From a virus (Duplodnaviria; Heunggongvirae; Uroviricota; Caudoviricetes): DNA of 64,000 nucleotides. Of the stretch, positions 29,063 to 39,302 are shown piece after piece. The notes below the pieces were generated by a model that was not told the origin of the DNA, made no database searches, and worked only from the letters and a program-made list of their open reading frames with translations. Where the stretch lies: positions 1 through 64,000 of the IMG/VR virus record IMGVR_UViG_3300020158_000005; one strand, written 5' to 3'. Position 1 is the first letter of the stretch; each line of letters begins with the position of its first letter. Position numbers and translations under genes: made by a program.

Positions 29063-29684
29063 AATAATTTTGTAGTTTATTTATAAAGAATTATATTTGT
29101 GCGGCATCTGCAATAGATTTCTTTCTTGGTCGAAAGAATTATTTGGAAGATATAATTAAATATCTTATCTTTGAGTTCTACTAAATTTCTTTCGACCAAT
29201 AAAAAGCCTCTGTAGCAATGCAGAGGTTTTTTTATTTACCCATGTAAATAAACCAATTTTTAACCCTCCGCATAATTAAAAATTAGCTCTTAAAGTAACT
29301 ACAATACAGTTGGATGAAAAACCTTGGGTATTGTAGGTATAGGAAGTGATAAAAAAGTTGCTCTGTCTTACTCTGTGACAACAACTACCTGCAAACTAAA
29401 TAAACGGTGCAAAATCACTTACCTCCAACGTTGGTAGAGAATACTGGTAAACGCACTGTTTATCTTTAAAAACAGTATTCTCCAGGTAGTTGGGAGCTTT
29501 AGGTGAGTTGGTCCTCTTGTTAGCTAAGAGAGGAAGTCCAAAGAGCTAAACTCTTGCAGGTAAAAACAGAGGTGTGTCTAATCACTGAGGTTAATAAATA
29601 TAATTAAAAAAGTTAGATTTATTTGGATATATTGTAAATAGTATTTACTTTTACATTAGGTTTTTTAATGCTTAAAATTAAAAC
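29063..29684. other. 620-bp structured non-coding region (terminator, attenuator-like alternative hairpins, possible ncRNA)
   Basis: no ORF; multiple perfect inverted repeats (listed in findings); locally elevated GC. Confidence 0.35.
29201..29236 (+). terminator. rho-independent terminator after the tail-fibre operon
   Basis: AAAAAGCCTCTG-tagcaatg-CAGAGGTTTTTTT. Confidence 0.75.
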
Positions 29685-30992
29685 ATGGTCAATCAAATTT
29701 TAGTAGACTATTTTATTAAGAACCCAAAACAACTAAAAAGAAGTGCTGGGAAATTTGTTAGAGGAGAAAGAGGTGGTAGTATATTTAGAAATACTACAGT
29801 AGAAGAAGTAAATGCAGCGAAAGGAGAGGCTAGAAAAGTCTTAGATGGTGTTATAAACATTGATTTCTTACAAAGAGATGATGTTAAAGTAAGTGATAAT
29901 TATACAATTACTACTACTTCTACAGGAAAAGTATATAATTATAGTACAAAAGTAAATAATGATAGTGGGGATATGTCTAGTGAAATAGAGCTAGATTTTG
30001 AACCAAAGGATATAGAAGAGTTAGCAGAATTACATAAGATAGATTTAAGTAGATACAAAATATCTACGTATTGGAGTAAGTTAAAAAGTAATGGTAAATT
30101 TACTTCTTCTGTTTTAGCTAGTTTAATTAAGGTAGAATCACCTCAATTTATCACTAAAGAATTTACTGAGTTTCTTAAAACCTATAGACCCTCTAGTGCT
30201 ACAATAACTAAAGTATTTCCTATAGTTAAAAATAGTAATATATCTTTAATATTACCTAAACAAGATGCCCATTACAATAAATATGATATTTATGGTGATA
30301 ACTATATAAATAAAAGATTTAGTAGAGAGCAAGAATGTGTGCTTAATATGTTAATTAAAGCATCTTCCACTAATAATATTAGAGAAGTAGTATATGTAGT
30401 TGGTTCTGACCAGTTTAATTCAGAATGGACTAATTTAACAACTAAAGGAACTCCGCAACAAAATATACTTGATTATCAATCAGCTTTTCAAGCTATTTGT
30501 AATCATGAAATTGAAATAGTAAATACATTATTACAATATTCAGATACTATAAAAATAGTGTATATCCCAGGTAATCATGATGAATATGTGGGTTGGCATT
30601 TAATAAATTGGTTAGAGATGTATTTTAGAAATCAATCTAATATACATTTTGATTCTTCTACAGAGAATACTAAATACCATAAATTTGGTAATTCAGGTAT
30701 TATGTTTAATCATGGAGATGCTATTAAACCAAGAGATTTAGCAGCTAAATTCCCTATTGGATTTAAAGAGCATTGGTCTAGTTGTGATAACTATATGATA
30801 TTTTCTGGAGATAAACATACAGAATTATCAATTGACCTACATGGTATTAAATATTATAGAGTAGCACAATTATCAGGAGCTACATCTAAATGGGATGATA
30901 AAAATGGATATACGGATAGTAAAGCAGAAATGACTGCTTTCGTCATAACAGTAGAAAATGGTATGTCTGATATATATAAAGAATTAATATGA
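29685..30992 (+). CDS. calcineurin-like metallophosphoesterase (divergent)
   Basis: 435 aa; motifs QDAHY, VVGSDQF, IPGNHDE, FNHGD, SGDKH in the canonical order; markedly AT-rich. Confidence 0.5.
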   Translation: MVNQILVDYFIKNPKQLKRSAGKFVRGERGGSIFRNTTVEEVNAAKGEARKVLDGVINIDFLQRDDVKVSDNYTITTTSTGKVYNYSTKVNNDSGDMSSEIELDFEPKDIEELAELHKIDLSRYKISTYWSKLKSNGKFTSSVLASLIKVESPQFITKEFTEFLKTYRPSSATITKVFPIVKNSNISLILPKQDAHYNKYDIYGDNYINKRFSREQECVLNMLIKASSTNNIREVVYVVGSDQFNSEWTNLTTKGTPQQNILDYQSAFQAICNHEIEIVNTLLQYSDTIKIVYIPGNHDEYVGWHLINWLEMYFRNQSNIHFDSSTENTKYHKFGNSGIMFNHGDAIKPRDLAAKFPIGFKEHWSSCDNYMIFSGDKHTELSIDLHGIKYYRVAQLSGATSKWDDKNGYTDSKAEMTAFVITVENGMSDIYKELI

Positions 30993-31840
30993 TAGTTGAT
31001 AATGGCAGATATTATCTATATAGATATATTAGATTGGATAGCGGTCAACCTTTTTACATTGGCATAGGTACTAAGAGAGTAAGACTAAATAGTTTTAAAT
31101 CTAATAAAAGTGAATATCACAGAGCTTACTATGGTAAGCGAACTCATATTTGTAAAAATATACAAAATAAAACTATTTACAAGATAGAGATACTACTAGA
31201 ATCAAATGATTATGAATTCATAAAAGAGAAAGAAAAAGAATTCATTAAGTTGTATGGTAGAATTGATTTAAAAACAGGTTGTCTAGCAAATATGACTGAT
31301 GGAGGAGAAGGTACTACAAATATAGTTGTATCTAAATCAACTAAGACTAAAATAAGTAATAATAGTTTTAATAAAGGTAAATTTGGTGTTTTAAGTCCTG
31401 TTTCTAAGAAATTATATCAGTATGATTTAGAAGGAAATTTTGTAAAGGAGTGGGTTTCTGGAACTGAGGTAAAAAATCATTTTAAAACTACCTACGAACC
31501 AAGTTCATGTGCTAGAAATAGAACTAAAAGTTATAAAGGTTACCAATGGCGTTATTATAAAGTAGAAAACATAGGAAAAATAAAAGAAATACCATCTTAT
31601 AAAACTATACCTGTATATCAGTATAACTCTAATGGTTGTCTTATACAGAAGTATAAGTCTACTAGTGAAATCTATAATAAATTAAAATATACAAAGTCTA
31701 CAATATATGAGGCTATGCGTAGTGAAAGCCACTATGCATATGGGTCTTTCTGGTTTTCTAGTAAACAAGACATTACATTTACTGCCATAGCAGTAACTCA
31801 ACACAAACATAAAATTTGGAAATTAAAGTATGGCAACTAA
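30989..31840 (+). CDS. GIY-YIG homing endonuclease (free-standing)
   Basis: 283 aa; N-terminal YYLYRYIRLDSGQPFYIGIGT (GIY...YIG); C-terminal repeated NUMOD-like DNA-binding motifs; AT-rich; ATGA overlap with the upstream gene. Confidence 0.65.
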   Translation: MIVDNGRYYLYRYIRLDSGQPFYIGIGTKRVRLNSFKSNKSEYHRAYYGKRTHICKNIQNKTIYKIEILLESNDYEFIKEKEKEFIKLYGRIDLKTGCLANMTDGGEGTTNIVVSKSTKTKISNNSFNKGKFGVLSPVSKKLYQYDLEGNFVKEWVSGTEVKNHFKTTYEPSSCARNRTKSYKGYQWRYYKVENIGKIKEIPSYKTIPVYQYNSNGCLIQKYKSTSEIYNKLKYTKSTIYEAMRSESHYAYGSFWFSSKQDITFTAIAVTQHKHKIWKLKYGN

Positions 31841-32558
31841 TAGACATCTCATTTCTACTATCAGAGCAAGTCACCGCCTATTAAGCGGTGATTCTGTGCT
31901 TAATGACCGTTCTATACTATCAGAGTTAAACAACATTGCTAAGGTGTTAATTCGTAGAGAATTAAACCTACGTAAGTTAGTAGCTACAGATAGTATTTAC
32001 ACTGTTATTCCTTGTTTGGAACTCATTGAAGTACCATTATCCGAATGTTGTGATTATGTAGAAGAATGCACTATAGCAAGAACTAAATTACAACTTCCAA
32101 GAATTGAGGAGTCTAACTATCTGAATGCTATCCAAGCTGTATTCTCTATTAACCAAAAGAAAAAGTTAAAAGAAATAACCCCTTCTCGCTATATTAACAT
32201 TTTAAATCTTCCTGTAAAGAAGAATGAAGTGTATTATTGGTTACAGAATAACTACTTATATGTAACTGACCCAAATGTAGAGATGGTAAAATTGATTGCT
32301 TGGTTTTCTGAAGAAATCCCTGTAGAGGTATTATACCCACAAGGATGCGATAGTTGTAAATGTAAGACAGTAGAAAACAAGGAGTTGTGTAAGAATCCTT
32401 TAGACAATGAATTTAAAGCTCCTGGATACTTACATCAGAACATCATAGAAATGACTTCTAAATATCTTCTTTCTACATATTTCAATCTATCTCAAGACAC
32501 TACAGATAATAACCAAGATAATCAAGCTAGGAATACACAACAACAAACTAAAGACTAA
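31830..32558 (+). CDS. hypothetical structural protein
   Basis: 242-aa ORF. Confidence 0.5.
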   Translation: MATNRHLISTIRASHRLLSGDSVLNDRSILSELNNIAKVLIRRELNLRKLVATDSIYTVIPCLELIEVPLSECCDYVEECTIARTKLQLPRIEESNYLNAIQAVFSINQKKKLKEITPSRYINILNLPVKKNEVYYWLQNNYLYVTDPNVEMVKLIAWFSEEIPVEVLYPQGCDSCKCKTVENKELCKNPLDNEFKAPGYLHQNIIEMTSKYLLSTYFNLSQDTTDNNQDNQARNTQQQTKD

Positions 32559-32560
32559 AT

Positions 32561-33040
32561 ATGAGAGTAAAGGTAGATGTGCGTACAGGTTCTCCAGAGT
32601 GTTATAGAGATTTTAAAGCTAAACATCCTCACATAGATATTAGCTTACAAGAATGGACAGAGATTATCTATCAATTTAACGAATCATTCAGAAATTACTT
32701 ATTAGAGACAGGAGATAGAGAAAAACTACCTTGGGGATTTGGTAGTTTTGCAATTACAAAAAAGAAAAGAAAAGCTAAGAAATTAGCTCCTAACGGTAAA
32801 GAGTATATTAATCTTCCTATAGATTGGGTGAAAACTAAAGCAAAAGGTAAGGTGATATACAACTTTAATTACGATACAGATGGGTATTTCTTTGGTTGGA
32901 AATGGTTCAAGGAAGATGTAAGGGTGAAGTTTACAAAATTATGGTGGTTTAAACCTTCTAGAGTAAGTAGCAGAATGATAGCCCATTACATTAAAACTAA
33001 TAAAGAACAACAACACAAATACCATGAATGGAGAGAATGA
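32561..33040 (+). CDS. hypothetical basic protein
   Basis: 159 aa, Lys/Trp-rich. Confidence 0.5.
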   Translation: MRVKVDVRTGSPECYRDFKAKHPHIDISLQEWTEIIYQFNESFRNYLLETGDREKLPWGFGSFAITKKKRKAKKLAPNGKEYINLPIDWVKTKAKGKVIYNFNYDTDGYFFGWKWFKEDVRVKFTKLWWFKPSRVSSRMIAHYIKTNKEQQHKYHEWRE

Positions 33041-33142
33041 TAATATTATCTGGGACTTCTTAGATGCTATACAAAAATATCTTCCCTACATAATAATATC
33101 CTTACTCATGCTATCCCTATTCTTACAATAAAAATACCAATA

Positions 33143-34030
33143 ATGTCATACTATTATAAATACGATTTTATTTCTCCAGAACCCATCTATGCTACTATCA
33201 AGGAAGAGCTTAAGAGTTACTTTGATACAGGTGCTATAGATGATGTTTTATTTGAAACATGGACAGATAAATGTTTAAGGAAGTTGGGTAAATCTAGTTA
33301 TAGTATTGCTAATACAATATTACACCTAGACCAATTTGAAGCAAGACTACCTGATAATTTCTATAAGGTGAGAGAAGCTTGGTTGTGCACACAAGTAAAA
33401 GGACTACCTTACAGAAGTGCTGCTTCTTTCTATTCTCAAGCTGCCTCTCTTTCTACTATAAAAGTATCTCCAATGACAACTAGCGATAGTTGTGGGGAAG
33501 ATTGTCTTCCTGGTATAATTCAAGCTGTATATAAGACTAACAACGAAATGAATCAGTCTTTCACTAGACAGTATTTACTAAGACCAGGAAATATTAATGC
33601 TGAACAGGGTTGTGCTTCTGATTGTGCTAATTTTGGTTCTTCTAGTGCAGAAACATTTGATATTCATGGTAATAAGTTTCTTACTAACTTTAAGGAAGGA
33701 ACAGTGTATTTATTGTTTTATGCTAAAGATACAGATGAATCTGGTTATCAACTACTTCCAGATAACTATCGTATAAGGGAATACATTGAAGCATTTATTA
33801 AATATAAATGTTTTGAGATGCTTTCCAATCAGATAGTTGATGAAACATTTAACCAAATACAGCAAAAGCTTGTTATGTACAAGCAACAATCTGACGAAGC
33901 TTATATACTTGCAGAAAGTGAAATCAAAAAACAAACTAGTCAGCAAAAAATAATGGCTATTAAGAAACAGAGAAATTCTCTAAATATGTATCAATTACCT
34001 GATAGGACTAAATCAATCTGGAGAAGATAA
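33143..34030 (+). CDS. hypothetical structural protein
   Basis: 295-aa ORF. Confidence 0.5.
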   Translation: MSYYYKYDFISPEPIYATIKEELKSYFDTGAIDDVLFETWTDKCLRKLGKSSYSIANTILHLDQFEARLPDNFYKVREAWLCTQVKGLPYRSAASFYSQAASLSTIKVSPMTTSDSCGEDCLPGIIQAVYKTNNEMNQSFTRQYLLRPGNINAEQGCASDCANFGSSSAETFDIHGNKFLTNFKEGTVYLLFYAKDTDESGYQLLPDNYRIREYIEAFIKYKCFEMLSNQIVDETFNQIQQKLVMYKQQSDEAYILAESEIKKQTSQQKIMAIKKQRNSLNMYQLPDRTKSIWRR

Positions 34031-34032
34031 TT

Positions 34033-37000
34033 ATGGCAGACCAAGAGAATATAAATTTCGGTGCATTAGGTCTTAATTTAGAGACAAGTATTTCCCAAGT
34101 TAAAAAGGGTCAATGGACATATGCTTTAAATGCTATAGCAGAAGGCTTTGACGGTCAATCTGTAAACTTACAAAATGAACCTGGAAGTCAGTCTTGCATA
34201 GAGTTTCCTGAAGGGTTTAAAGTAATAGGTAGAAGACCTGTGTACGAGAAGAATATTATTATTTGGTGGTTAGCTAATCCCACTACAAAAGAAAGTCAGA
34301 TAGGATGGTCTGATATAGATGGTTGTACATATACAAAAAGAATAGACCCAAGTTGTCTTAATTTAAGTATTGAACATCCAGTGTTACAATCCGCACATAG
34401 AATCTCTAATTGCGGATTTGAAATATATTGGGTAGATGGTTATAATCCTGACAGATTTTTAAATTGGGATAATCTACCTTATAAAGAAATACCTGCTACA
34501 GGACAAGCATGCGGAACTACTATACTACCTGAGATTGATTGTAATAAATTAAACATCAATCCATCTTTTGCTATTCCTAAGATAGACGTTATAGCAGTAG
34601 ATAGTGATGGGGAGATTAAATCAGGAACAGTACAGTTTGCTATTCAATATTCTAATGCTAATGGAGAAGGATATACATCCTACTACTCTATTACCAATCC
34701 TGTGCCTATTTTTAGTATTTCTAATGTAACATTAGATTTTAATGCTCCAGTAACAAAATCTGTAACATTAAGTATTTCTAATTTAGACACTATAGGATAT
34801 TATGATTATTTTAACTTAGCTGTTATAAATACAGTGAATGGAGTGACAACTCCTTCATTAATAGGTACTTACCAAATTAATAAAGCTACAGAAACAATAG
34901 TGTACACAGGACAAAATACTACACAAAAAGCTCTTTCTTTAGTAGAGATTGCTGAGAAATATCCTGTTTACGAAACTTCTAAAATCATCACCACTGCTAA
35001 TGATATTCTTATCAGAGCAGATGTTAAAACTGTAGAAAGACTTTCTTATCAAGAAATAGCTAATAACATCCATTTACAATGGTGTAGATATAGACTACCT
35101 GCTATTGGGTTTAATGACCCACTTAACGTGGTTAATTTTAAAGGATATATGAGTGATGAGGTGTATGCTTTTGAACTTGTATTCCAACTTGCTAAAGGAA
35201 TAGAAACAGATGGTTTCCATATTCCTGGAAGAAAATATAACGCTAATGACCTTACAGTAGTATCTAATAATGATACTAATAATATTCCATTACCACAATG
35301 GAGAGTGTATAATACAGCTTCAAAAACAGCATTTAAAGACGAATGGTTAAATTCTACAAAAACTAACACTTATAAAGGACCTTTTGACTTTGGAGAATTT
35401 GCTTATTGGGAGTCTTTAGAGACCTATCCATGTGAAGACCAATATGGAGAGTTAAAAGGACAACCTATTCGTCATCATAAATTCCCTGATAATACAGTGA
35501 TAGATATTAATGATGACCAAGGAAACATATATCCATTAGGTGTACAAGTAGATGTTAAGCAAATACAACAGTTAATTGCTAATTCTAATTTAACACAAGA
35601 ACAAAAGGATGAGATAGTTGGATTTAAAATTATCAGAGCTAATAGAGTGAATAATAAATCTATTGTAGCTAAAGGTATTTTAAGAAATGTTGGTCAGTAT
35701 GATAAAGATGGAACAACTTATTTGTTTCCAAACTATCCTTACAACTCTGTACAACCAGACCCATTTATTTCTAATACATCATATCCAGAAGCTAGTAAAT
35801 CTAGATTTACATTCCAATCCCCAGATACTTCTTTTTTCCAACCTACAGTAGGAGTGGGAGAAATATTAAAATTAGAAGCTGCTCTTTATGGAACATCTCA
35901 AGGACATTTCCAACAAGTAAAAAATCATGCTAGATATAAAATATATACAGCAGGATTGTATTTAACAGCTATGGGATTAGGTGCTGCCGTAGGTTTATTA
36001 TCTGCTACAATAGGATTAACAGCAGTAAATATATTTGATGGTACTGCAGCTTTTACTACGTATCAAACTTTAGTGGATATTTTTGAAAGAACTACCCCTT
36101 TTGTAAATTATGCTTATCAATATAATTCTGTTGGTAATTATAATAATAGTAAAGTGATACCAAATAATGGTAATAAACTTCGTATATTAGAAAGTAATCA
36201 ATATGTTATTGATGGGTTTGCTAACGTAAACGATACGTATACATTAAATAATTATAACAGGGAAAGTAGTATTTTTGTTAAAACAAATATAACACTTCCA
36301 TTACCTAGTGAAGTTTCTGGGGTTCCTGTAGATGATAGTAGGTACACATTAGGATGTAGTCCTGTTACAGAAATAGTAAATAAAAATATAAATTGTTATT
36401 ATGGCAGTATTAAAAAAGCTAATCTCCAACAGTATAATCAGCTTTATTCTTACGAAACAGTTGATACGGGGTTTCAAATCACCATTTCGCAAGTAGATAA
36501 ACAATACTACCAAATTTTTGGTGGGGATATTTTTATTAATAAATTCTCATTTAAAACTAAGCTAAGATTTTTCTTAGATGATGGTATTAATAAACCTGAT
36601 GGTACTGATATATTCTATAATGAAATAGGAAATGTTGGTAGTCCTAATTTTTGGTATAGTGCAAAAACAAATGATGGTTCAGAAACAACAGGTATAAATT
36701 CTATATTAGCAGCTATACTAGGTACATTTTTTGGAACAAAAAAACATCAATTAGATTGTGACAGAAGTCAATTCTTTTACAGAACAGGTAGGATGTATTT
36801 GTTTGCTTATGGAATTCCTACATTCTATTGTGAGTCTGAAGTAAATGTAGATAATAGACAAGCATTTAATAATAAAGAAGGAGATTTCTATCCTCATATA
36901 GGAACAGGAATTCCTGATGATTGGTTACAAGCTGTTAATGTACCTATAACATACGACAACACTTACTACTATAATAGAACTTATTCTAAACAGAATAAAG

Positions 37001-38478
37001 AAAACGTATTTACACATTTACCATTAGGATGGGTTCCATCTGAGTGTAAAACACATCTTCCTTATAGAGCAGTGTTTTCCGAAGACCGTACAAATAACCC
37101 ACTTACATTAGAAAGAAACAACTGGTTAATATATAAACCATCTTCTTATTTTGATTTCCCTCAGAATTATGGAAAACTTAATTCCCTAGATGGTATTGAG
37201 AATAGACAAGTATTGGCAAGATTTGATAATAAAACATTTGTATATAATGCTCTATTAACAGCTCCAACATCTCAAGCTCAGCTATACTTAGGACAAAGTT
37301 TATTTAATTCTTCTGTACCTCCTTTAGACCTGGCTAACACAGACCAAGGATTTATCGGCAGTAGGCATAAGTTCTTAGAAAGAACAGAATATGGTACTGT
37401 TACAGTAGATGATATAAGAGGACAAGTTTTCTTGATACAAGGTAACAGACCTAAGAACTTAACAGGGTCAGATAGTGGAGTAGAACAGTTCTTTAACAAG
37501 AATTTAGAAGTACAACTTCCTAAGTATTTCCCTGGTTTGCCAATAGATAATGCTTTCAATGGTGTTGGTATTACAGGTGTGTATGATGCTAAATATAACA
37601 GATTGATTCTTACTAAGTTAGATTATGTTCCTTTAGATAGTAGCATTATTTATGATGGAGGTAAATTTTATATTCCTACCATATATAAAGAAATATACAC
37701 AACTAACAGTTCTTCTAATAGTTCTTATAGAACAGAAGTAAGTTTAAACGACCCTAAATATTTTTGTAATAAGTCATTCACAATGTCCTATGACTTTGAC
37801 ATGCAAACTTGGATAAGTTTACATTCTTACATACAAAACTTCTACGTAGGTAGCAGTAATTTCTACCTTTCAGGGTTGAATAGTGGAAATAAAACTATTA
37901 CATACAATCACTTATTAAATAACCAAAAATATAATAGCTACAATGGAACTATTGCTCCTTATATAGTAGAGTATCCATTCGCTTATAAATTACAAGATGA
38001 GATTTTACAAAATATCAAAGATTACAGCAAGGTATTTAAATACAACGAGGATGACACATTTATTGAAACAAACGATGTTTACTTTAATAAATGCATCCTT
38101 TACAACAATCAACAATCTTCTGGTATACTTAAATTAGAACCAAAGCCATATAGAAATATGGCAGAGGTAATGAAATATCCTAAGTATAATGCAGATAGTA
38201 AAACTATCACTTATACTAAGTCAGATAATTTCTATCAAATAAATACATTCTGGTCTTTAGTAAGAGATGTTAAAAAACCGTTATTCATTAAAACTTGTAA
38301 GTCTTTGTCTTACGACAAAGAGATAAATCAAGATAATATGAACTATGGTAAACTATCTTTTGGTAAAGCTCCTTTAAGAGCTAAGGATTTAAGAGTTAGA
38401 ATGATATTAGATGATAGAGATGATTCTAGGGTAGTAAGTCAATTTATTATAAGCCCAACTATAACAAGTTATAAATAA
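34033..38478 (+). CDS. large tail structural protein (1481 aa; muzzle/baseplate-like by position)
   Basis: long ORF in the tail module; no catalytic motif recognised. Confidence 0.6.
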   Translation: MADQENINFGALGLNLETSISQVKKGQWTYALNAIAEGFDGQSVNLQNEPGSQSCIEFPEGFKVIGRRPVYEKNIIIWWLANPTTKESQIGWSDIDGCTYTKRIDPSCLNLSIEHPVLQSAHRISNCGFEIYWVDGYNPDRFLNWDNLPYKEIPATGQACGTTILPEIDCNKLNINPSFAIPKIDVIAVDSDGEIKSGTVQFAIQYSNANGEGYTSYYSITNPVPIFSISNVTLDFNAPVTKSVTLSISNLDTIGYYDYFNLAVINTVNGVTTPSLIGTYQINKATETIVYTGQNTTQKALSLVEIAEKYPVYETSKIITTANDILIRADVKTVERLSYQEIANNIHLQWCRYRLPAIGFNDPLNVVNFKGYMSDEVYAFELVFQLAKGIETDGFHIPGRKYNANDLTVVSNNDTNNIPLPQWRVYNTASKTAFKDEWLNSTKTNTYKGPFDFGEFAYWESLETYPCEDQYGELKGQPIRHHKFPDNTVIDINDDQGNIYPLGVQVDVKQIQQLIANSNLTQEQKDEIVGFKIIRANRVNNKSIVAKGILRNVGQYDKDGTTYLFPNYPYNSVQPDPFISNTSYPEASKSRFTFQSPDTSFFQPTVGVGEILKLEAALYGTSQGHFQQVKNHARYKIYTAGLYLTAMGLGAAVGLLSATIGLTAVNIFDGTAAFTTYQTLVDIFERTTPFVNYAYQYNSVGNYNNSKVIPNNGNKLRILESNQYVIDGFANVNDTYTLNNYNRESSIFVKTNITLPLPSEVSGVPVDDSRYTLGCSPVTEIVNKNINCYYGSIKKANLQQYNQLYSYETVDTGFQITISQVDKQYYQIFGGDIFINKFSFKTKLRFFLDDGINKPDGTDIFYNEIGNVGSPNFWYSAKTNDGSETTGINSILAAILGTFFGTKKHQLDCDRSQFFYRTGRMYLFAYGIPTFYCESEVNVDNRQAFNNKEGDFYPHIGTGIPDDWLQAVNVPITYDNTYYYNRTYSKQNKENVFTHLPLGWVPSECKTHLPYRAVFSEDRTNNPLTLERNNWLIYKPSSYFDFPQNYGKLNSLDGIENRQVLARFDNKTFVYNALLTAPTSQAQLYLGQSLFNSSVPPLDLANTDQGFIGSRHKFLERTEYGTVTVDDIRGQVFLIQGNRPKNLTGSDSGVEQFFNKNLEVQLPKYFPGLPIDNAFNGVGITGVYDAKYNRLILTKLDYVPLDSSIIYDGGKFYIPTIYKEIYTTNSSSNSSYRTEVSLNDPKYFCNKSFTMSYDFDMQTWISLHSYIQNFYVGSSNFYLSGLNSGNKTITYNHLLNNQKYNSYNGTIAPYIVEYPFAYKLQDEILQNIKDYSKVFKYNEDDTFIETNDVYFNKCILYNNQQSSGILKLEPKPYRNMAEVMKYPKYNADSKTITYTKSDNFYQINTFWSLVRDVKKPLFIKTCKSLSYDKEINQDNMNYGKLSFGKAPLRAKDLRVRMILDDRDDSRVVSQFIISPTITSYK

Positions 38479-38867
38479 TGAATAATTGGTTAGATAAATA
38501 TAATAAAGCTCCTGATGGTGTACAACTTAAGTTTTTACAACCTAACAGTTATAAACTTCCTAGTGCTGTAGCTATTCCTAATAGACCAGATATTAAAAGT
38601 AGTGAATTAGCTACTTCTATTGGTGGTGAAAATGGAGAACCTGCTTATTTAATACCTTCTTTTAAAGGTGGTAAAAGAGTAAATGCTTTAAAAGAGTTTG
38701 ATAAAACAGGAGAATATTTAGGCGGTCCATTTAAAACATGGCAAGAAGCGGATAAATGGGAAAATGAAGTGAGACATCCTTATGTAGAGAAAGGTCAATC
38801 AATTCCTTCCCCTTTAAAAACATGGGGAGAGATGCCTGATGGTGGTTGGTTAAACAAATATAAATAG
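38478..38867 (+). CDS. hypothetical protein
   Basis: 129 aa, TAATG overlap. Confidence 0.45.
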   Translation: MNNWLDKYNKAPDGVQLKFLQPNSYKLPSAVAIPNRPDIKSSELATSIGGENGEPAYLIPSFKGGKRVNALKEFDKTGEYLGGPFKTWQEADKWENEVRHPYVEKGQSIPSPLKTWGEMPDGGWLNKYK

Positions 38868-38873
38868 TAGGTC

Positions 38874-39302
38874 ATGATAAATAAAATGTTAAAATTAGCA
38901 GGCGTAAAAGATGAGAAGAGCTTTTACAAGAAGTACCCTTCAGAGGAAGCTTTTATGCAACAACATGGTGAAGCCTTTAATAAACTTGTTAATGGTGGAA
39001 GTTTGAAAAAACAAGCTGAACAATCTGGTCTTATAATGGATTATGGAGCTAATGGCATTCATATTAATCCTGCTAACAAAGGTAAGTTTACAGCTACTAA
39101 AAAAGCTACAGGTAAGTCTACTGAAGAACTTACTCACAGTAAAAATCCAGTTACTAGAAAGAGAGCTATCTTTGCACAAAACGCTTCTCACTTTAAACAC
39201 GAAAATGGAGGTAACTTAAAATATATAGAAGGTATGGAATATGACTTACCAATAGAAGAAATTAAAAAATTAGAAAAAATAGGTTATAAATTAGAATACT
39301 AA
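38874..39302 (+). CDS. hypothetical protein
   Basis: 142-aa ORF. Confidence 0.45.
   Translation: MINKMLKLAGVKDEKSFYKKYPSEEAFMQQHGEAFNKLVNGGSLKKQAEQSGLIMDYGANGIHINPANKGKFTATKKATGKSTEELTHSKNPVTRKRAIFAQNASHFKHENGGNLKYIEGMEYDLPIEEIKKLEKIGYKLEY

Noticed and set aside
29420-29470. tRNA-like D-arm sequence GTTGGTAGAG
   Set aside because: I could not find a matching T-arm (GTTCRANTC) or a 7-bp acceptor stem. It is more likely part of a different structured RNA or coincidental. tRNAscan-SE is needed to confirm.
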